Assembly: GCF_001194135.2 (NCBI RefSeq)
Contig: NC_068995.1
Location: forward strand, 28,828,358-28,867,111
Source: Octopus bimaculoides
Lineage: Eukaryota
Length of the DNA stretch: 38,754 nt
Direction: 5' to 3'
Shown here: one piece after another, positions 1-12,300 of the stretch
How the letters are laid out: the number at the start of each line of letters is the position of its first letter
Numbering within the stretch: the stretch's first letter is position 1
The notes under the pieces: model-generated
What the model was told of the DNA's origin: nothing
Database searches by the model: none
Seen by the model: only the letters and a program-made list of their open reading frames with translations
Program-made: the position numbers and the translations under genes

Positions 1-20
1 TATATATATATATATGTATA

Positions 21-176
21 TACGACAGTCTTCTTTCAGTTTCCATCTACCAAATCCACTCACAAATCTTTGTTCGGCTTGAGGCTATAGAAGGTGCCAC
101 ACAATAGGACTGAACGCAAAATCCACATGTATGTAGTTAGAAAGCCAGCTTCTTGTTACACAGCCACGCCTTCGCC
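21..176 (-). mobile_element. SINE family 1 head
   Basis: Reverse complement of the head in 33712-33870. Confidence 0.8.
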
Positions 177-390
177 AATAATAACTAGCACATTTAAGTA
201 CAAAACTCATTTGACAACTTCACAATAGCCATAACGGTAGTTGCAGACAAAATGATGTAGAGAATATTTGGCAACCTGTAACTATAATCCTGTAGGTGGG
301 CACAATTAGCGCTTAAACGTCTCTTTTCGCCAACATTCTATTTGAACCAGCATTCTCTTTATGCGTTAAAAATTAAGATGTTAACTTTAA

Positions 391-2262
391 CCCTTTCGCT
401 CCAACTTTTGCACAATCAGTTTTTATTTTATTTTTTCACATTTTCCGCTTCTCTAAACCTTCATTATCTACCATAATTAAAATCTAACCTTTTTTTTATC
501 GCTACATATGATTTTTGAACGTGAGACATTTTTGTCCCAATAATATTCTAATGAACAAATACTTGAGACTATCCTCTCCCAACAGTATTTCATATGCACG
601 TTGAGCAAGTTCGGAAAATCACGGAAATAAAAATGAAATAAATCTTACAGTTTATTTCAAACGCAAAATGAAGCTATAATTGCTTTCTCATATAATATTT
701 ATTATAAATCACATCTTTATGACCCTTTCTAAATAATACGTATGAAAAAACAAATAAGCTTCTTGGATCTTTGGGGTTTGACGGGCAACATTTGTTTTCT
801 TAACGAAACACTTTCAAACTTGGGACACTGGTAGAATGTGTCATAAAACAACTTCTTCTCTTAACCTTCTTAACAAAATTTTGTACATCGCAAGTTATTT
901 CATGTTAAAGTTGTACTTCTGTAATTTCAACCAATCACTGACGTCTATTCAGCTGAATACATTTACTGCTGTTTTCTAAACAGTAGCTTTTGACCGGTAA
1001 GAAAAATGTAATTCCCCTGACATATTTCATCCGGTTTAATCGTAATTTATACGCATATATTGTTTATATAATAAATTACGCTATGCGTATCTGTGTGTGT
1101 ATATTTTTCTCATAACCTCACTCNNNNNNNNNNNNNNNNNNNNNNNNNNNNNNNNNNNNNNNNNNNNNNNNNNNNNNNNNNNNNNNNNNNNNNNNGCTCC
1201 AATAACAAGTGCAGGCAATATTCAAGTATTTTGATGGCTTTTTCCCCTTTGTTTACGAACAGTCTAGTTAATCGGAAATGTCAGAACTAACGGGAATTAA
1301 TACCATATACACCGTTACAGCACTTACTGTTTTCAACTGAATAGACGTTAGTGATTAGTTGAAATTATCGAAATCAGACAATTTTTAACGTGAAATAACT
1401 TCGAATACAAAATTTATTATCTGTTCTATACCACAAAATATACAAGTATACGAAGTTTGAAAGTGTTTCGTTACCAAAACACTACATAAAAAAATGTTGC
1501 CCGTCAAATCACAAAGGTCCAGCTTCTTTCCTTATATAATTATTATGTAATTATATAGTTTTTTTTCCTCTTATATCATACTAATTAATGAATATATTCC
1601 TTTTCGTGCACCAGCATGACCGCAGCCACTTGGCTGAAACACATAAATAAATAAATAAATAAATAATATTTACGAGAACGATCATGATTTATAAATACAT
1701 GCTATGTGTGATATACTGTAAAGCAGTCATCAATACATAAAGGAATGTTGCATTTCCGGCAATTGAATTGCGTCCTCCTTCCTTTGCTCCTCGAAGTACA
1801 TGTGCGATTCTTTTGTTTTACTAAGACTTTGAAGTCTTAGAAGGCCGTCCGAAAGATCTCACTCTCTTTTGTGGAATATTCGAAACTTCCTGCCTCGATC
1901 AAACGTTCAGCTATATTTACTAAGAAATTTCTAAATGGTGGTTTCGTATGGTGAATTTCAGAGTGAATAACAGCTGTCATTAACAGCTATCATTAGAAGC
2001 CTGAAGAACACTTTAATCCACCATTTTCTACTTTTTTCGATCCAGTTCATACAAGTGTTACCATTTAATCAGTGATCTACTCCACCAATATATTTGTTAT
2101 AAAAGATAATCACTTCTGGACAAGTGAACTCTTGCTTTTTTCCATCCTACTCCTTATGCTTTAACCCTGATTGTCCCATCCCAAACCATTTTAAATGAAA
2201 AAAATTCACTTTAGTATAAAAAACTTTTCTCCGGATACACGTGTCCCATTAGGAGCGAAACT
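391..2262 (-). mobile_element. Internally deleted piggyBac DNA transposon
   Basis: TTAA (387-390) followed by CCCTTTCGCTCC; partial inverted end GGAGCGAAA near 2252-2260. Minus-strand 1702-2150 gives frameshifted transposase C-terminus: CPEVIIFYNKYIGGVD, YELDRKSRKWWIKVFFRLLMIAV, and Cys-rich tail RTQFNCRKCNIPLCIDDCFTVYHT*. Right boundary approximate. Confidence 0.8.
765..1520. repeat. Diverged inverted repeat pair (about 765-965 and 1325-1520), MITE-like, inside the piggyBac
   Basis: Shared blocks in opposite orientation, e.g. tttgacgggcaacattt / aaatgttgcccgtcaaa, taacgaaacactttcaaact / agtttgaaagtgtttcgtta, taatttcaaccaatcactgacgtctattcagctgaa / ttcaactgaatagacgttagtgattagttgaaatta. Confidence 0.7.
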
Positions 2263-2961
2263 GAACAAGATTTAGTAGAAACCTAGAAAAACAGCTAGTT
2301 TTATATAAGTATGGATTTGTATATGAGTATGTGTAGATATATAAATGTACGCATACCTGCCTCTGTGTGTGTGTGTGTGTGTGTATTTTTACACATGCAT
2401 ACATTTATGCGTGTGTGTGAGTAAGCATGCATGCATTTATGTATGCAAGAATTTATATTTATATATACAAAATAGATACAAATGAGCGTGTGTATGCGTA
2501 AATGGGTGTAACATACAAGAGTTTGTATGCGTATATATGTGTTGATGTACGTAAAGGTCTATATACATGTGTGGATACGTATGTGTGTATACATCTTCAC
2601 AGATATAAATTCTGTAGTTCTTCTACTACTCACCACTAACCTGTCCATTTAAGCAAGTTGATTAATAATCTTCATCCTTCATTCCACCTCAATTTTACTA
2701 CCCTTACCTTCTTTCTACACTTCCTATGCCAAATTTTATTTTGGTTCGCGAGAGCAACTATTTTTCGAAGCCTCGTATTGTCGTTAATTGCTCGAAATGT
2801 AGAGTAGATGAACAGTTGATAACTGATGAAGGGTCGTTCTTTATGTTACTTGTCTTGTTTTCCATTTGTTTTTCTCGTTGTTCGCATACCCAAGTTTGCC
2901 TTTGTATTTCATGTTGTTTTCGTATTTCGTAATTCATGTTTACGTTTTGTGACGTTCTGTA

Positions 2962-2963
<2 letters not shown>

Positions 2964-3001
<38 letters not shown>

Positions 3002-3032
3002 AGCATTTACATATATGTATGTATATATATGC

Positions 3033-3079
<47 letters not shown>

Positions 3080-3134
3080 AACGTATACATTTATATAGAT
3101 AAACATATAGATATATGATACACTCACACATACA

Positions 3135-3166
<32 letters not shown>

Positions 3167-3170
3167 CATT
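2964..3170. repeat. Compound microsatellite (AT)n/(GT)n/(CATA)n
   Basis: Directly visible. Confidence 0.95.
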
Positions 3171-3420
3171 CATATGTAGCTCTGTGTATAGGTGTGCGTG
3201 TGTGTGTGCGATTATATACGTTATATTATTGACAAAAATTGCGTTGACTGTCACGCTTTCGCCGATAATATTTTATATAAAACTTTGTTTAATGTGTTTA
3301 ACGTGTTTAAACCAGTCAATTTATTGAATAAGAATGTGTTCCGAATTTTAGCATAAAGCCAGCAAGTAGAGAGGAAGAGTAAGTCTAATTTATCGACAGT
3401 AATGTTCTTATTTTATGCAT

Positions 3421-3617
3421 TTGTGTGTCTGCGTTTGTCACACCACCATCGCTTGAAAACCAATGTTGGTGTTTTACGTCCCTGTAAATTAGCGGTTCGG
3501 CAAAAGAAATCGATAGAATGAGTACTAGGCTTACAAAGAATAAGTCCTAGGGTCGATTTGTTCGACTAAAGGCGGTGCTCAAGCATTGCCACTGTCGAAT
3601 GACTGAAACAATTAAGA
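3421..3617 (+). mobile_element. SINE family 1 body and tail
   Basis: ccaccatcgcttgaaaac...gggtcgatttgttcgactaaaggcggtgctc...gactgaaaca. Confidence 0.85.
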
Positions 3618-3930
3618 TTCATTGGAATTAGGTACTTCAATAGAGGCATCTTGTTAGGACTGAGTAGCATGCATACTCAACCATATTAAGTGAATATTAG
3701 ACTTGGTGCTTAAGTGTGGGCCACATGATATTCTTGCAGATATCAAGACAGCTAAGTGAAGAAATCCGCTCTTAGCTATTCAGACATGTACTTTATATTA
3801 AAAATACTGTCTGTAATATTTGCGAACAGTAGCTTCCAGGAGAGATGAATAAAATATGAGTAACAAAGTTACAATTGTACCTCTTTGTTACTCAGTTATG
3901 TGTGTGTACATATATGTATGTATATATGTG

Positions 3931-3971
<41 letters not shown>

Positions 3972-5547
3972 NNNNNNNNNNNNNNNNNNNNNNNNNNNNN
4001 NNNNNNNNNNNNNNNNNNNNNNNNNNNNNNNNNNNNNNNNNNNNNNNNNNNNNNNNNNNNNNNNNNNNNNNNNNNNNNNNNNNNNNNNNNNNNNNNNNNN
4101 NNNNNNNNNNNNNNNNNNNNNNNNNNNNNNNNNNNNNNNNNNNNNNNNNNNNNNNNNNNNNNNNNNNNNNNNNNNNNNNNNNNNNNNNNNNNNNNNNNNN
4201 NNNNNNNNNNNNNNNNNNNNNNNNNNNNNNNNNNNNNNNNNNNNNNNNNNNNNNNNNNNNNNNNNNNNNNNNNNNNNNNNNNNNNNNNNNNNNNNNNNNN
4301 NNNNNNNNNNNNNNNNNNNNNNNNNNNNNNNNNNNNNNNNNNNNNNNNNNNNNNNNNNNNNNNNNNNNNNNNNNNNNNNNNNNNNNNNNNNNNNNNNNNN
4401 NNNNNNNNNNNNNNNNNNNNNNNNNNNNNNNNNNNNNNNNNNNNNNNNNNNNNNNNNNNNNNNNNNNNNNNNNNNNNNNNNNNNNNNNNNNNNNNNNNNN
4501 NNNNNNNNNNNNNNNNNNNNNNNNNNNNNNNNNNNNNNNNNNNNNNNNNNNNNNNNNNNNNNNNNNNNNNNNNNNNNNNNNNNNNNNNNNNNNNNNNNNN
4601 NNNNNNNNNNNNNNNNNNNNNNNNNNNNNNNNNNNNNNNNNNNNNNNNNNNNNNNNNNNNNNNNNNNNNNNNNNNNNNNNNNNNNNNNNNNNNNNNNNNN
4701 NNNNNNNNNNNNNNNNNNNNNNNNNNNNNNNNNNNNNNNNNNNNNNNNNNNNNNNNNNNNNNNNNNNNNNNNNNNNNNNNNNNNNNNNNNNNNNNNNNNN
4801 NNNNNNNNNNNNNNNNNNNNNNNNNNNNNNNNNNNNNNNNNNNNNNNNNNNNNNNNNNNNNNNNNNNNNNNNNNNNNNNNNNNNNNNNNNNNNNNNNNNN
4901 NNNNNNNNNNNNNNNNNNNNNNNNNNNNNNNNNNNNNNNNNNNNNNNNNNNTATATATGTATATATGTATATATGTATATATATATGTATGTATACGCGT
5001 GTGTTTCTGTATGCCGTGAGTGCCTGTTTGTATGTGGTGTTTTAATGAGAAAAGTGAAGTGGAGACGCAAAGACGACGACGTTCCGCTACTTTTCAGCTC
5101 AGTAGGGGGGGAGAGGGTTTTAGCGTCTAACATCATTGATCCCCAACCTCTCGGACCGAAGGGAACACCAAGTTCCGTAAGTGATTAACTCATTCATTCA
5201 CTGATATATTATACATACATATATACATACTTACATACATACAAAGGAACAGACAGACATACACACATACACATACAAACACATACATCCATGTATACAT
5301 TCACACACAGAAACATATATATAAGCGCTTGGGACCGCCAGTACACATGCATGCATTCATGTGTGTGTATGTGTGTGTGTGTGTGTATGTTCTGTGCGTG
5401 CGGGCGGGCGCGCATTTGTGAGTGTATACATATATGCGTGTTAGATTGTTTATGTTTGCCTTTAACAGCTATCTCTACAGTTTTGCAGACATGCAAGCTC
5501 TGAGAGTATGCTATCTGTGTATGCGTGAGAGTGAATATGTGCGCTAG

Positions 5548-5582
<35 letters not shown>

Positions 5583-5712
5583 TGTGCGTGCGTGCGTGAG
5601 TATGTTCTATAATGAGGGTTGAAGTGGGGGGTGCAGGGAGTGTAATGAAAGGGCACCAATGACAGATGTGCCCGACAAACAGATCGAGCAGTAGCGAGAT
5701 TACCCAGACACA

Positions 5713-5758
<46 letters not shown>

Positions 5759-5805
5759 TATAGACGCGGAAAGCGAAAGAGAGGGAGAGCGAGAGAGAGA
5801 GAGAT

Positions 5806-5851
<46 letters not shown>

Positions 5852-5984
5852 GGTAGAGAGATACAGATTCATAAACATCTCAGTAGCAGAATGAGAAAAT
5901 TAGAAAATAAATTGAATTCTTTCCTCGTCATCTGATATTCTTGATGTATTTATTCGAGTCTGTCTTTTGGGAATTATACCCTGC

Positions 5985-6660
5985 ACTGTATGTGGTGATT
6001 GTGGTGGTTGAATTGGTGGTGTTGTCAGCGATGATGGTGTTGGTGATGACGATGGTGTTACAGGCTGTGATGGTGATGAAGATGATGATGCTGGTGATGT
6101 TGGGAGAACGATGTTCATGATGCTGTTAAGAGTTGTTGTTGGTGGTGGAGGTAATGGTAATGATGATTATGATGGTGATGATAATGATAATAAGGGTGTC
6201 AGAAGTGGTGGTTCCTACGATGGTCTCCTTGTTGAAGATGTTGCTAATGGTGGCGACGGTGATGCTATCACTGTGGTTAATGGTGCTGCTGTTACTAATG
6301 CTATTGTTTAGAGGCTGATCAGCTCTGATAGACATGTACCAGTGGTGGTAGAGGTGGTCGTTTTACTGACAACATAATAATGCTGATAAAGGAGGTAGTT
6401 TTAGAGAGAAGGTAGTTGTGGTGGTGGTTTTAGAGACAGTGGTAGTGGTAGTAGTAGTGGTGTTGTTGGTGGTGGTGGTTGTAGTGACACTATAACTGAG
6501 TTTAGATCGTGGGTACAGTGACAATTAACGGTGTTAGAGTTGTTGGTTAGAGTGACAATGTTTGTAATAATGGTGTTGCTAGAAATTGTGCTTGTAACGA
6601 TGATGTTTGTGGCAGTGATGGAAGAATTAATGCTTTTGTGCTTGTGGTAATTATGCTGCT
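5985..6660. repeat. Degenerate (GGT/GAT/GTT)n low-complexity tract
   Basis: Directly visible trinucleotide periodicity; frames contain stops. Confidence 0.9.
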
Positions 6661-7073
6661 TGAATATATAGTTTTAGTTGCGGTAACGCTGGTTTTTCCC
6701 CGTTCCAGACTCCTCGAATAAACCTATGATAAAGATATTTAATCTTGACCGCCTCATCTTTTTCTAGATGTTGTTTGCCTCGAATTACTATTGTCTTTTT
6801 TGAAGACAGCTGCGTTGTCAGTTGGAAGAGATTTGCTATTAACTTCTGGCTGCTTTAATCCACGTAGCGACTGCCCCGTTTGCTCGTTATCCTCGTTACA
6901 TTTTCGGTAGTTGTTTACGAAATTAGGTGAAACTGTTTTTCTTGTTATTGTTCTTATCTGCTGGTCAATCCTGAACGAGCAAACTATTATTAAAGACATT
7001 CCAGCTATGATCGTTCTAAATGTCTGCACTCAGGACTCAAATGTTTTCTTTCTAAAAGTATTTATTACCACAA

Positions 7074-7295
7074 GGCGGCCAGGAGGCAGAATCGTTAGCA
7101 CGCTGCGTGAAATGCTTAGCGGTATTTCGTCTGGCGCTAAGTTCAAATTCCGCCGAGGTCGACTTTGCTTTTCACCCTTTCGAGATCGATTAAAACCAGT
7201 TACGCACTGGTGTCGATGTAATCGACTTCGTCCCTTTGTATGTCCTTGTTTGTCCCCGCTATGTTTAGCCCCTTGTGGGCAATAAAGAAATAAAT
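7074..7295 (+). mobile_element. tRNA-derived SINE family 2
   Basis: ggcagaatcgttagc (A-box-like), agttcaaattc (B-box-like), gccgaggtcgactttgc, tail agccccttgtgggcaataaagaaat. Confidence 0.88.
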
Positions 7296-7340
7296 ATTTT
7301 ATAGACGCAGTTATGGCTATGTGGTAAGTAGCTTACTTAC

Positions 7341-8660
7341 GGCGCATGCGTTTGAGTTAGTTGCTTCCGGTTACCATTGAAGCTATACGCGCAGCTCATA
7401 GCTCCGTCTAAAGAACAGAGGCCACCGTTAGGGTAAGCGAATTTGCTTTTTTATGTGAGCTGGGTAGAAGTATTGTGTTTTTATTTTTACAGTATATTCT
7501 GCCCAGCTCTGTGGCATTTCGCTTGTGCTTGGCGGAGTCGAAAATTTGAAAATTTGAGAAAATTTAATTGAATTGTTGCCTGTTCCAGGCATAGTGTGTG
7601 TGGCTGCCGCTGAAAGAACCAAGTTCTGCAAGCAGAAACCATTTAAAGATTTTTTTCTCACTTCGGTCGCTGGATTACGGACCATGACTTTATTTGACTG
7701 CAACGGAATACCAGTTCAAGCCAGGGCTGGACTACGGTGTAGCCCATTTTGTTCCTGCCGAGGATTCTATGTTTTCCCTTTTTTTAAAAAAATAATTCTC
7801 TTTCTTTACTTTTTCCTTGAACTGTTTTCCTTGTTTTTCTCTTCTTCCTTTTTTTTAACTGTTTCTGTTTTGTTTATTGAACTATTTCTTTTTTTCTGAA
7901 CTGTTATCATTTTGAGACTTTTGTGAACAATTATTTCCTATTATGGCAGGAAAAAAGTTAACAGAGAAGACTACTGCTTTGGAGTGGGAGATTGTCCGAC
8001 CCAAGCAGCGGTTAAACGACTTCAGGGAAAAAACGGTGGTGATGAGGACGTACTCTAAGTCACTCGACACCATGACGGTCTTTCCCCAAGTTGAAATCGA
8101 GAAAGAGTTGACAGAATATCTGCCAACTATTAAGTTTATGGCCAGGGGTGTCAAGTACGCAACGGATTGGTTGCTATTTGACACCCCTGAGGTGGCTCGC
8201 AATTTTGCGAGCCAGCCCTTAGAAGGGCAAAAAAATTCCGTTTCTTCCCACAGTATGTGGGAAGAAATTAACTAAAGCTTGGGTCTGTGGGATGCCACCC
8301 GGCATAGAACCCGATTGGATAGGTGATACTATCCGCCGGGGTCTGGGTGGCAGCGGAGCCAAGCTCTTAAGCGTAAAAATTTTGCCTACGGTTGATTGGG
8401 TCGGGTCAAAAGCTGTTTTGACCCTGTGGATCCAATTAGCCAAAGATCTGGTCTTCCCAGATTTTTTGAGGATGGCCGGTAACAGGTATCAGGTGATCCT
8501 TGAGGGCTGCCCCCCCCCAAGTGTCACCTGTGCCTGGAGCCTAGTCACATTAAGAAAAACTGTCCCCAGGATCAGAGTAGAGTCCTGGAGCAGTTATTAA
8601 ACGTAGTTCCCCCCGCTCCCCCACTGGAGGGAGAGACGGAGGAAGTCGAGGAGGTGACGC
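7341..8660 (+). mobile_element. Non-LTR retrotransposon 5' UTR and frameshifted ORF1 (L1/Tx1-like), running into a gap
   Basis: ORF from 7943 (MAGKKLTEK...) continues through frameshifts to GMPPGIEPDWIG...YQVILEG and a CCHC zinc knuckle C-HL-C-LEPS-H-IKKN-C at 8522-8563. T-rich 5' UTR. Clade assignment from recalled ORF1 architecture only. Confidence 0.7.
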
Positions 8661-8997
8661 NNNNNNNNNNNNNNNNNNNNNNNNNNNNNNNNNNNNNNNN
8701 NNNNNNNNNNNNNNNNNNNNNNNNNNNNNNNNNNNNNNNNNNNNNNNNNNNNNNNNNNNNNNNNNNNNNNNNNNNNNNNNNNNNNNNNNNNNNNNNNNNN
8801 NNNNNNNNNNNNNNNNNNNNNNNNNNNNNNNNNNNNNNNNNNNNNNNNNNNNATATATATATACACATATATACATATATATGCATAATTATATACCTTC
8901 ACACATACGTAGTATAAAGTCGCAGCCAACGTAAACTTTACAATAAATTTAACTCTTCTTTCAGTATTGTGTTTCTCATCAATAAATGTACCGTTAT

Positions 8998-9200
8998 TAG
9001 GCCAACTGGCAGAATCGTTAACATGCCGAGCGAAACGCTTAGCGGAATTTCGTCTGCCGCTACTTTCCACCGACGTCGACATTTGCCTTTCATCCTTTCG
9101 GGATCGATAAATTAAGTATCAGTGAAACACTGGGGTCGATGTAATCGACTAGTCCCCTACCCCAAATTTCAGGCCTTGTGCCTATAGTAGAAAGGATTAT
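8998..9200 (+). mobile_element. SINE family 2, alternative tail
   Basis: Same head; tail cccaaatttcaggccttgtgcctatagtagaaaggattatt, also seen at 34410-34630. Confidence 0.85.
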
Positions 9201-9254
9201 TTTTGAACTTCGAAGCTCAATATAAAATTTGCATACATACATACATATTACAGA

Positions 9255-9890
9255 TATGGCTGTGTGGTAAAAATTTTGATTTCCAATTACATGGTTCTGG
9301 GTTCAATCCCACAGCGTGACACCTTGGCAAGAGTCCTCTACTATAGCCTCAAGCCGACCAAACCTTGTGAATGGATTGGATTTGGTAGACAGAAACTGAA
9401 AGAAAGGCGGCGAGCTGGCAGAAACGTTAGCACGCCGGGCGAAATGCTTAGCGGTATTTCGTCTGCCGCTACGTTCTGAGTTCAAATTCCGCCGAGGTCG
9501 ACTTTGCCTTTCATCCTTTCGGGGTCGATTAAATAAGTACCAGTTACCCACTGGGGTCGATATAATCGACTTAATCCGTTTGTCTGTCCTTGTTTGTCCC
9601 CTGTGTATGTAGCCCCTTGTGGGCAGTAAAGAAATAAGAAACTGAGAGAATCCCATCGTATATATACATATATCTATGTATGTCTTTATGTCTGCGTCTA
9701 TCCCTCTTTGCTGCTTGACAACCGGTGCTGGTGTGTTTCCGTCGCCGAAAAGTAGCGGTTCGGCAAAAAGGTACGGATAGAATAAGTACCGGGCTTAAAG
9801 AAATAAGTATTGGGATCGATTCATTGGAATAAATTTCTTCAAAATGGTGCCCAGCATGGCCGTAGCCTAATGGTTGAATCAAGTAAAGGG
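9255..9890 (+). mobile_element. SINE family 1 copy interrupted by a family 2 SINE at 9405-9636
   Basis: Head 9255-9404, body 9637-9890, 14-bp target duplication around the insert. Confidence 0.85.
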
Positions 9891-10964
9891 TCGAAGGTAA
9901 AAGATATATATATTATATTATATGTAAATGTATGTATGTATGTATGTATGTATGCCTCAGAAAACCTTAACTACGAAGAAATTATAGTGCAGTAAACTCA
10001 TTCCTTCTCTGCTTTCGATGTGCAAAATAACTAGGAGCGGTCCTCAAAGTGCGAAACAGTCTGTCTGGTGTCTTTCGCACCCGTTTTTCCAGAAAATCCC
10101 CACATGAAATACAAATCGCACCGCTAATCTTAAAGAATTAATCATCTTAGAAAATCCATACTGATAGTTTGAAAAACGAGTGGTTCATGAATTTATTAAA
10201 CGGAAAAAACCCCCCAATAAAGCGAGGTAAGGAATAGTTTTCTGTATTTGTCTTTTGACGTTTTAAACTTTAAAACTTTTGTAAGTTTCTAAATAAAGTG
10301 TACCAGTAAGATTTTGCTTCCCATGAAAAGTATGCCTCTAATTTAGATTTGATCTCCAGTGCACCACGATTTCAAAAAGTTGGAGAATCGCTAAGAAAAA
10401 AATTCGAACAACAGTTCACGTCATCTCTTATGACTACGTCTATCCAAAAAGGAAATACACTTTTCCCTTTGTGTACAATAGAACATCAGTCTTTACCTTT
10501 ATTGACACCAGCCAGATAAATACAAAATTAATTAAATAGAACTATGTGCCCACCCCACTGAGCCATGAGTCCCTGTACATTTTCATGGCACGCATGGACT
10601 AATACATAAACAAAACTAATGTGATTCCGTAACTCTTCTAGCTGTAGCCCCATAAAGAACTGAATTTATGGTTGCGAGCAATCTCTTGCTTGGTATTACC
10701 TTTTCAATCACTTTCTAAGGGAGGATTCCGAGAGAACGAGTGAATTCTTACCCGATCGCTCGAAATGCTACAAATAGCAACCATTCCATTCAAATCATAC
10801 CCTACCCTCTTACCAAAAACAGAAACATATTACAAAACATTGTTCGGTATAACACTATATCCGAATAATGCACAAGATGGTTTTATCAAAAATCTGCTTG
10901 AGCAGGGTTAACCTGGGATTAAACAAAAACTCTTTTAATCTATCACCTCGATCATCTGTGGCAT

Positions 10965-11275
10965 ATTTGTGTGTGTGTGTATGTGTGTGTGAGAGAGAGA
11001 GAGAGACAGAGACAGACAGAGTGAAAGCGTGAGAGAGGGAGTGTATGAATGCGTGCCTGTATGCGGTCGTGTCTACGTATGTATATATGTATGTATGTAT
11101 GTATGTATGTACGTACGTATGTATGTATGTATGTATGTATGCATACATGCATGTATGTATGTATGTATGTATGTATGTGCGTGTGTATGTATGTATATAT
11201 GTATGTATGCGTGTGCGTGTGTATGTATGTAAGTATGTATGTATGTGTGTGTGTATGTATGTATGTGCAAAAATG
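10965..11275. repeat. Compound microsatellite (GT)n/(GA)n/(GTAT)n
   Basis: Directly visible. Confidence 0.95.
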
Positions 11276-11789
11276 GATTGATGAATGAATGGCCGTGTGT
11301 TTTTAAGTGATTCAAAGATTTATCTTTTATTTGTATATTTACAGAGAATTAAATATCAATTGTAAAAAAATTTACCCAATTTTCTAATTTTCCTTTGTGT
11401 GTAGATATATCCTTTTACAATGTTACTATTTTTACAGAGTGTCACTGCCATGCTATTATCTTCACAGACTCTTTTAGCAATAACAGTCTAAATTAGATTG
11501 ATGCCCTCAAAATAAAAATTAAAAAAGTTAACCAGAAATACGTCAATACCAAAACACAAACCTTATTTCTAATAAATTATTCGTTTTCCAGTCTCCTAGC
11601 ATCTATGCTTCTTAACGTCAGAAATTCCTTGGAAACTTCTTTTCACAATAGCTGATTTTCTTATCATATCAAACAAGTTATAAATACAAATATATTGATG
11701 GTCAGTTACTTGTTTGCACTCTGTTGTTGCCATGAACGAAAGTTTAGATATCTGAGCAATGTTCTGAGATATTGCGCAACTTAAACAAA

Positions 11790-12225
11790 ATACGAGAGAA
11801 AGAAAGTAAACGAAAGCTGTTTAAAAAATACCAGCGTCAGATATTTAAAGAGTAATTACTGATTTTCTATATTTGTAAGTTCTTGAAAGTTCTTGAAAGT
11901 TCAAGTCGTGAAAGAACTAATCTCAAGATACTGTATCACATTCTGCCAAAATCCTGGTGATACGCAAGCCCAGACTATCGATAAGATTCAGAAGGCCTTT
12001 GAAGGTGCTGCTATGGGAAAACACAAATAAAGGAGCGGTACAACTGGTTCAAAGATAACCGGATCCTAGTGGAGAGTGAGTCACGTTGTGACAGACCATC
12101 GACTATCAGAAATGACTAAATGATTGCAAAGGTTCGAGGAATAGTCTATGAAGACCGTCGTGTGACCATTGAGGAGATTGTTGCCGAAGTTGGAATTAGC
12201 CATGGGTTAGTTCAGTCAGTCCATT
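11790..12225 (+). mobile_element. Mariner transposase N-terminal fragment (degenerate)
   Basis: Broken frames give YCITFCQNPGDTQAQTIDKIQKAF...IKERYNWFKD...RPST...MIAKVRGIVYEDRRVTIEEIVAEVGISHGLV, the bipartite HTH region of mariner transposases. Confidence 0.85.
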
Positions 12226-12253
12226 CCGCTCACGTCGTCCAAGTATTCCTCGT

Positions 12254-12290
<37 letters not shown>

Positions 12291-12300
12291 NNNNNNNNNN

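Noticed and set aside
3856-5188. Long ORFs of 380-440 aa, and similar ones at 18712-19981, 22442-23418, 24388-25086, 30417-31654, 35093-36316
   Set aside because: They are open only because they cross N runs and microsatellites.
5040-5188. Peptide MRKVKWRRKDDD... with a gtaagt donor-like site, superficially like a homeodomain helix 3
   Set aside because: No WFxN motif or upstream helices; short and next to microsatellite; no further support.
5640-5700. GGGCAC...GTGCCC mini-hairpin with TGACAG and CAGATG motifs between microsatellites
   Set aside because: Six-bp stem and short motifs are expected by chance.
5985-6660. Gly/Asp/Val-rich or Ser/Thr/Pro-rich ORFs
   Set aside because: Products of a degenerate trinucleotide tract.
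10650-10671. Inverted CCATAAA/TTTATGG pair (Cdx/posterior Hox-like)
   Set aside because: Common in AT-rich DNA; untestable without conservation data.
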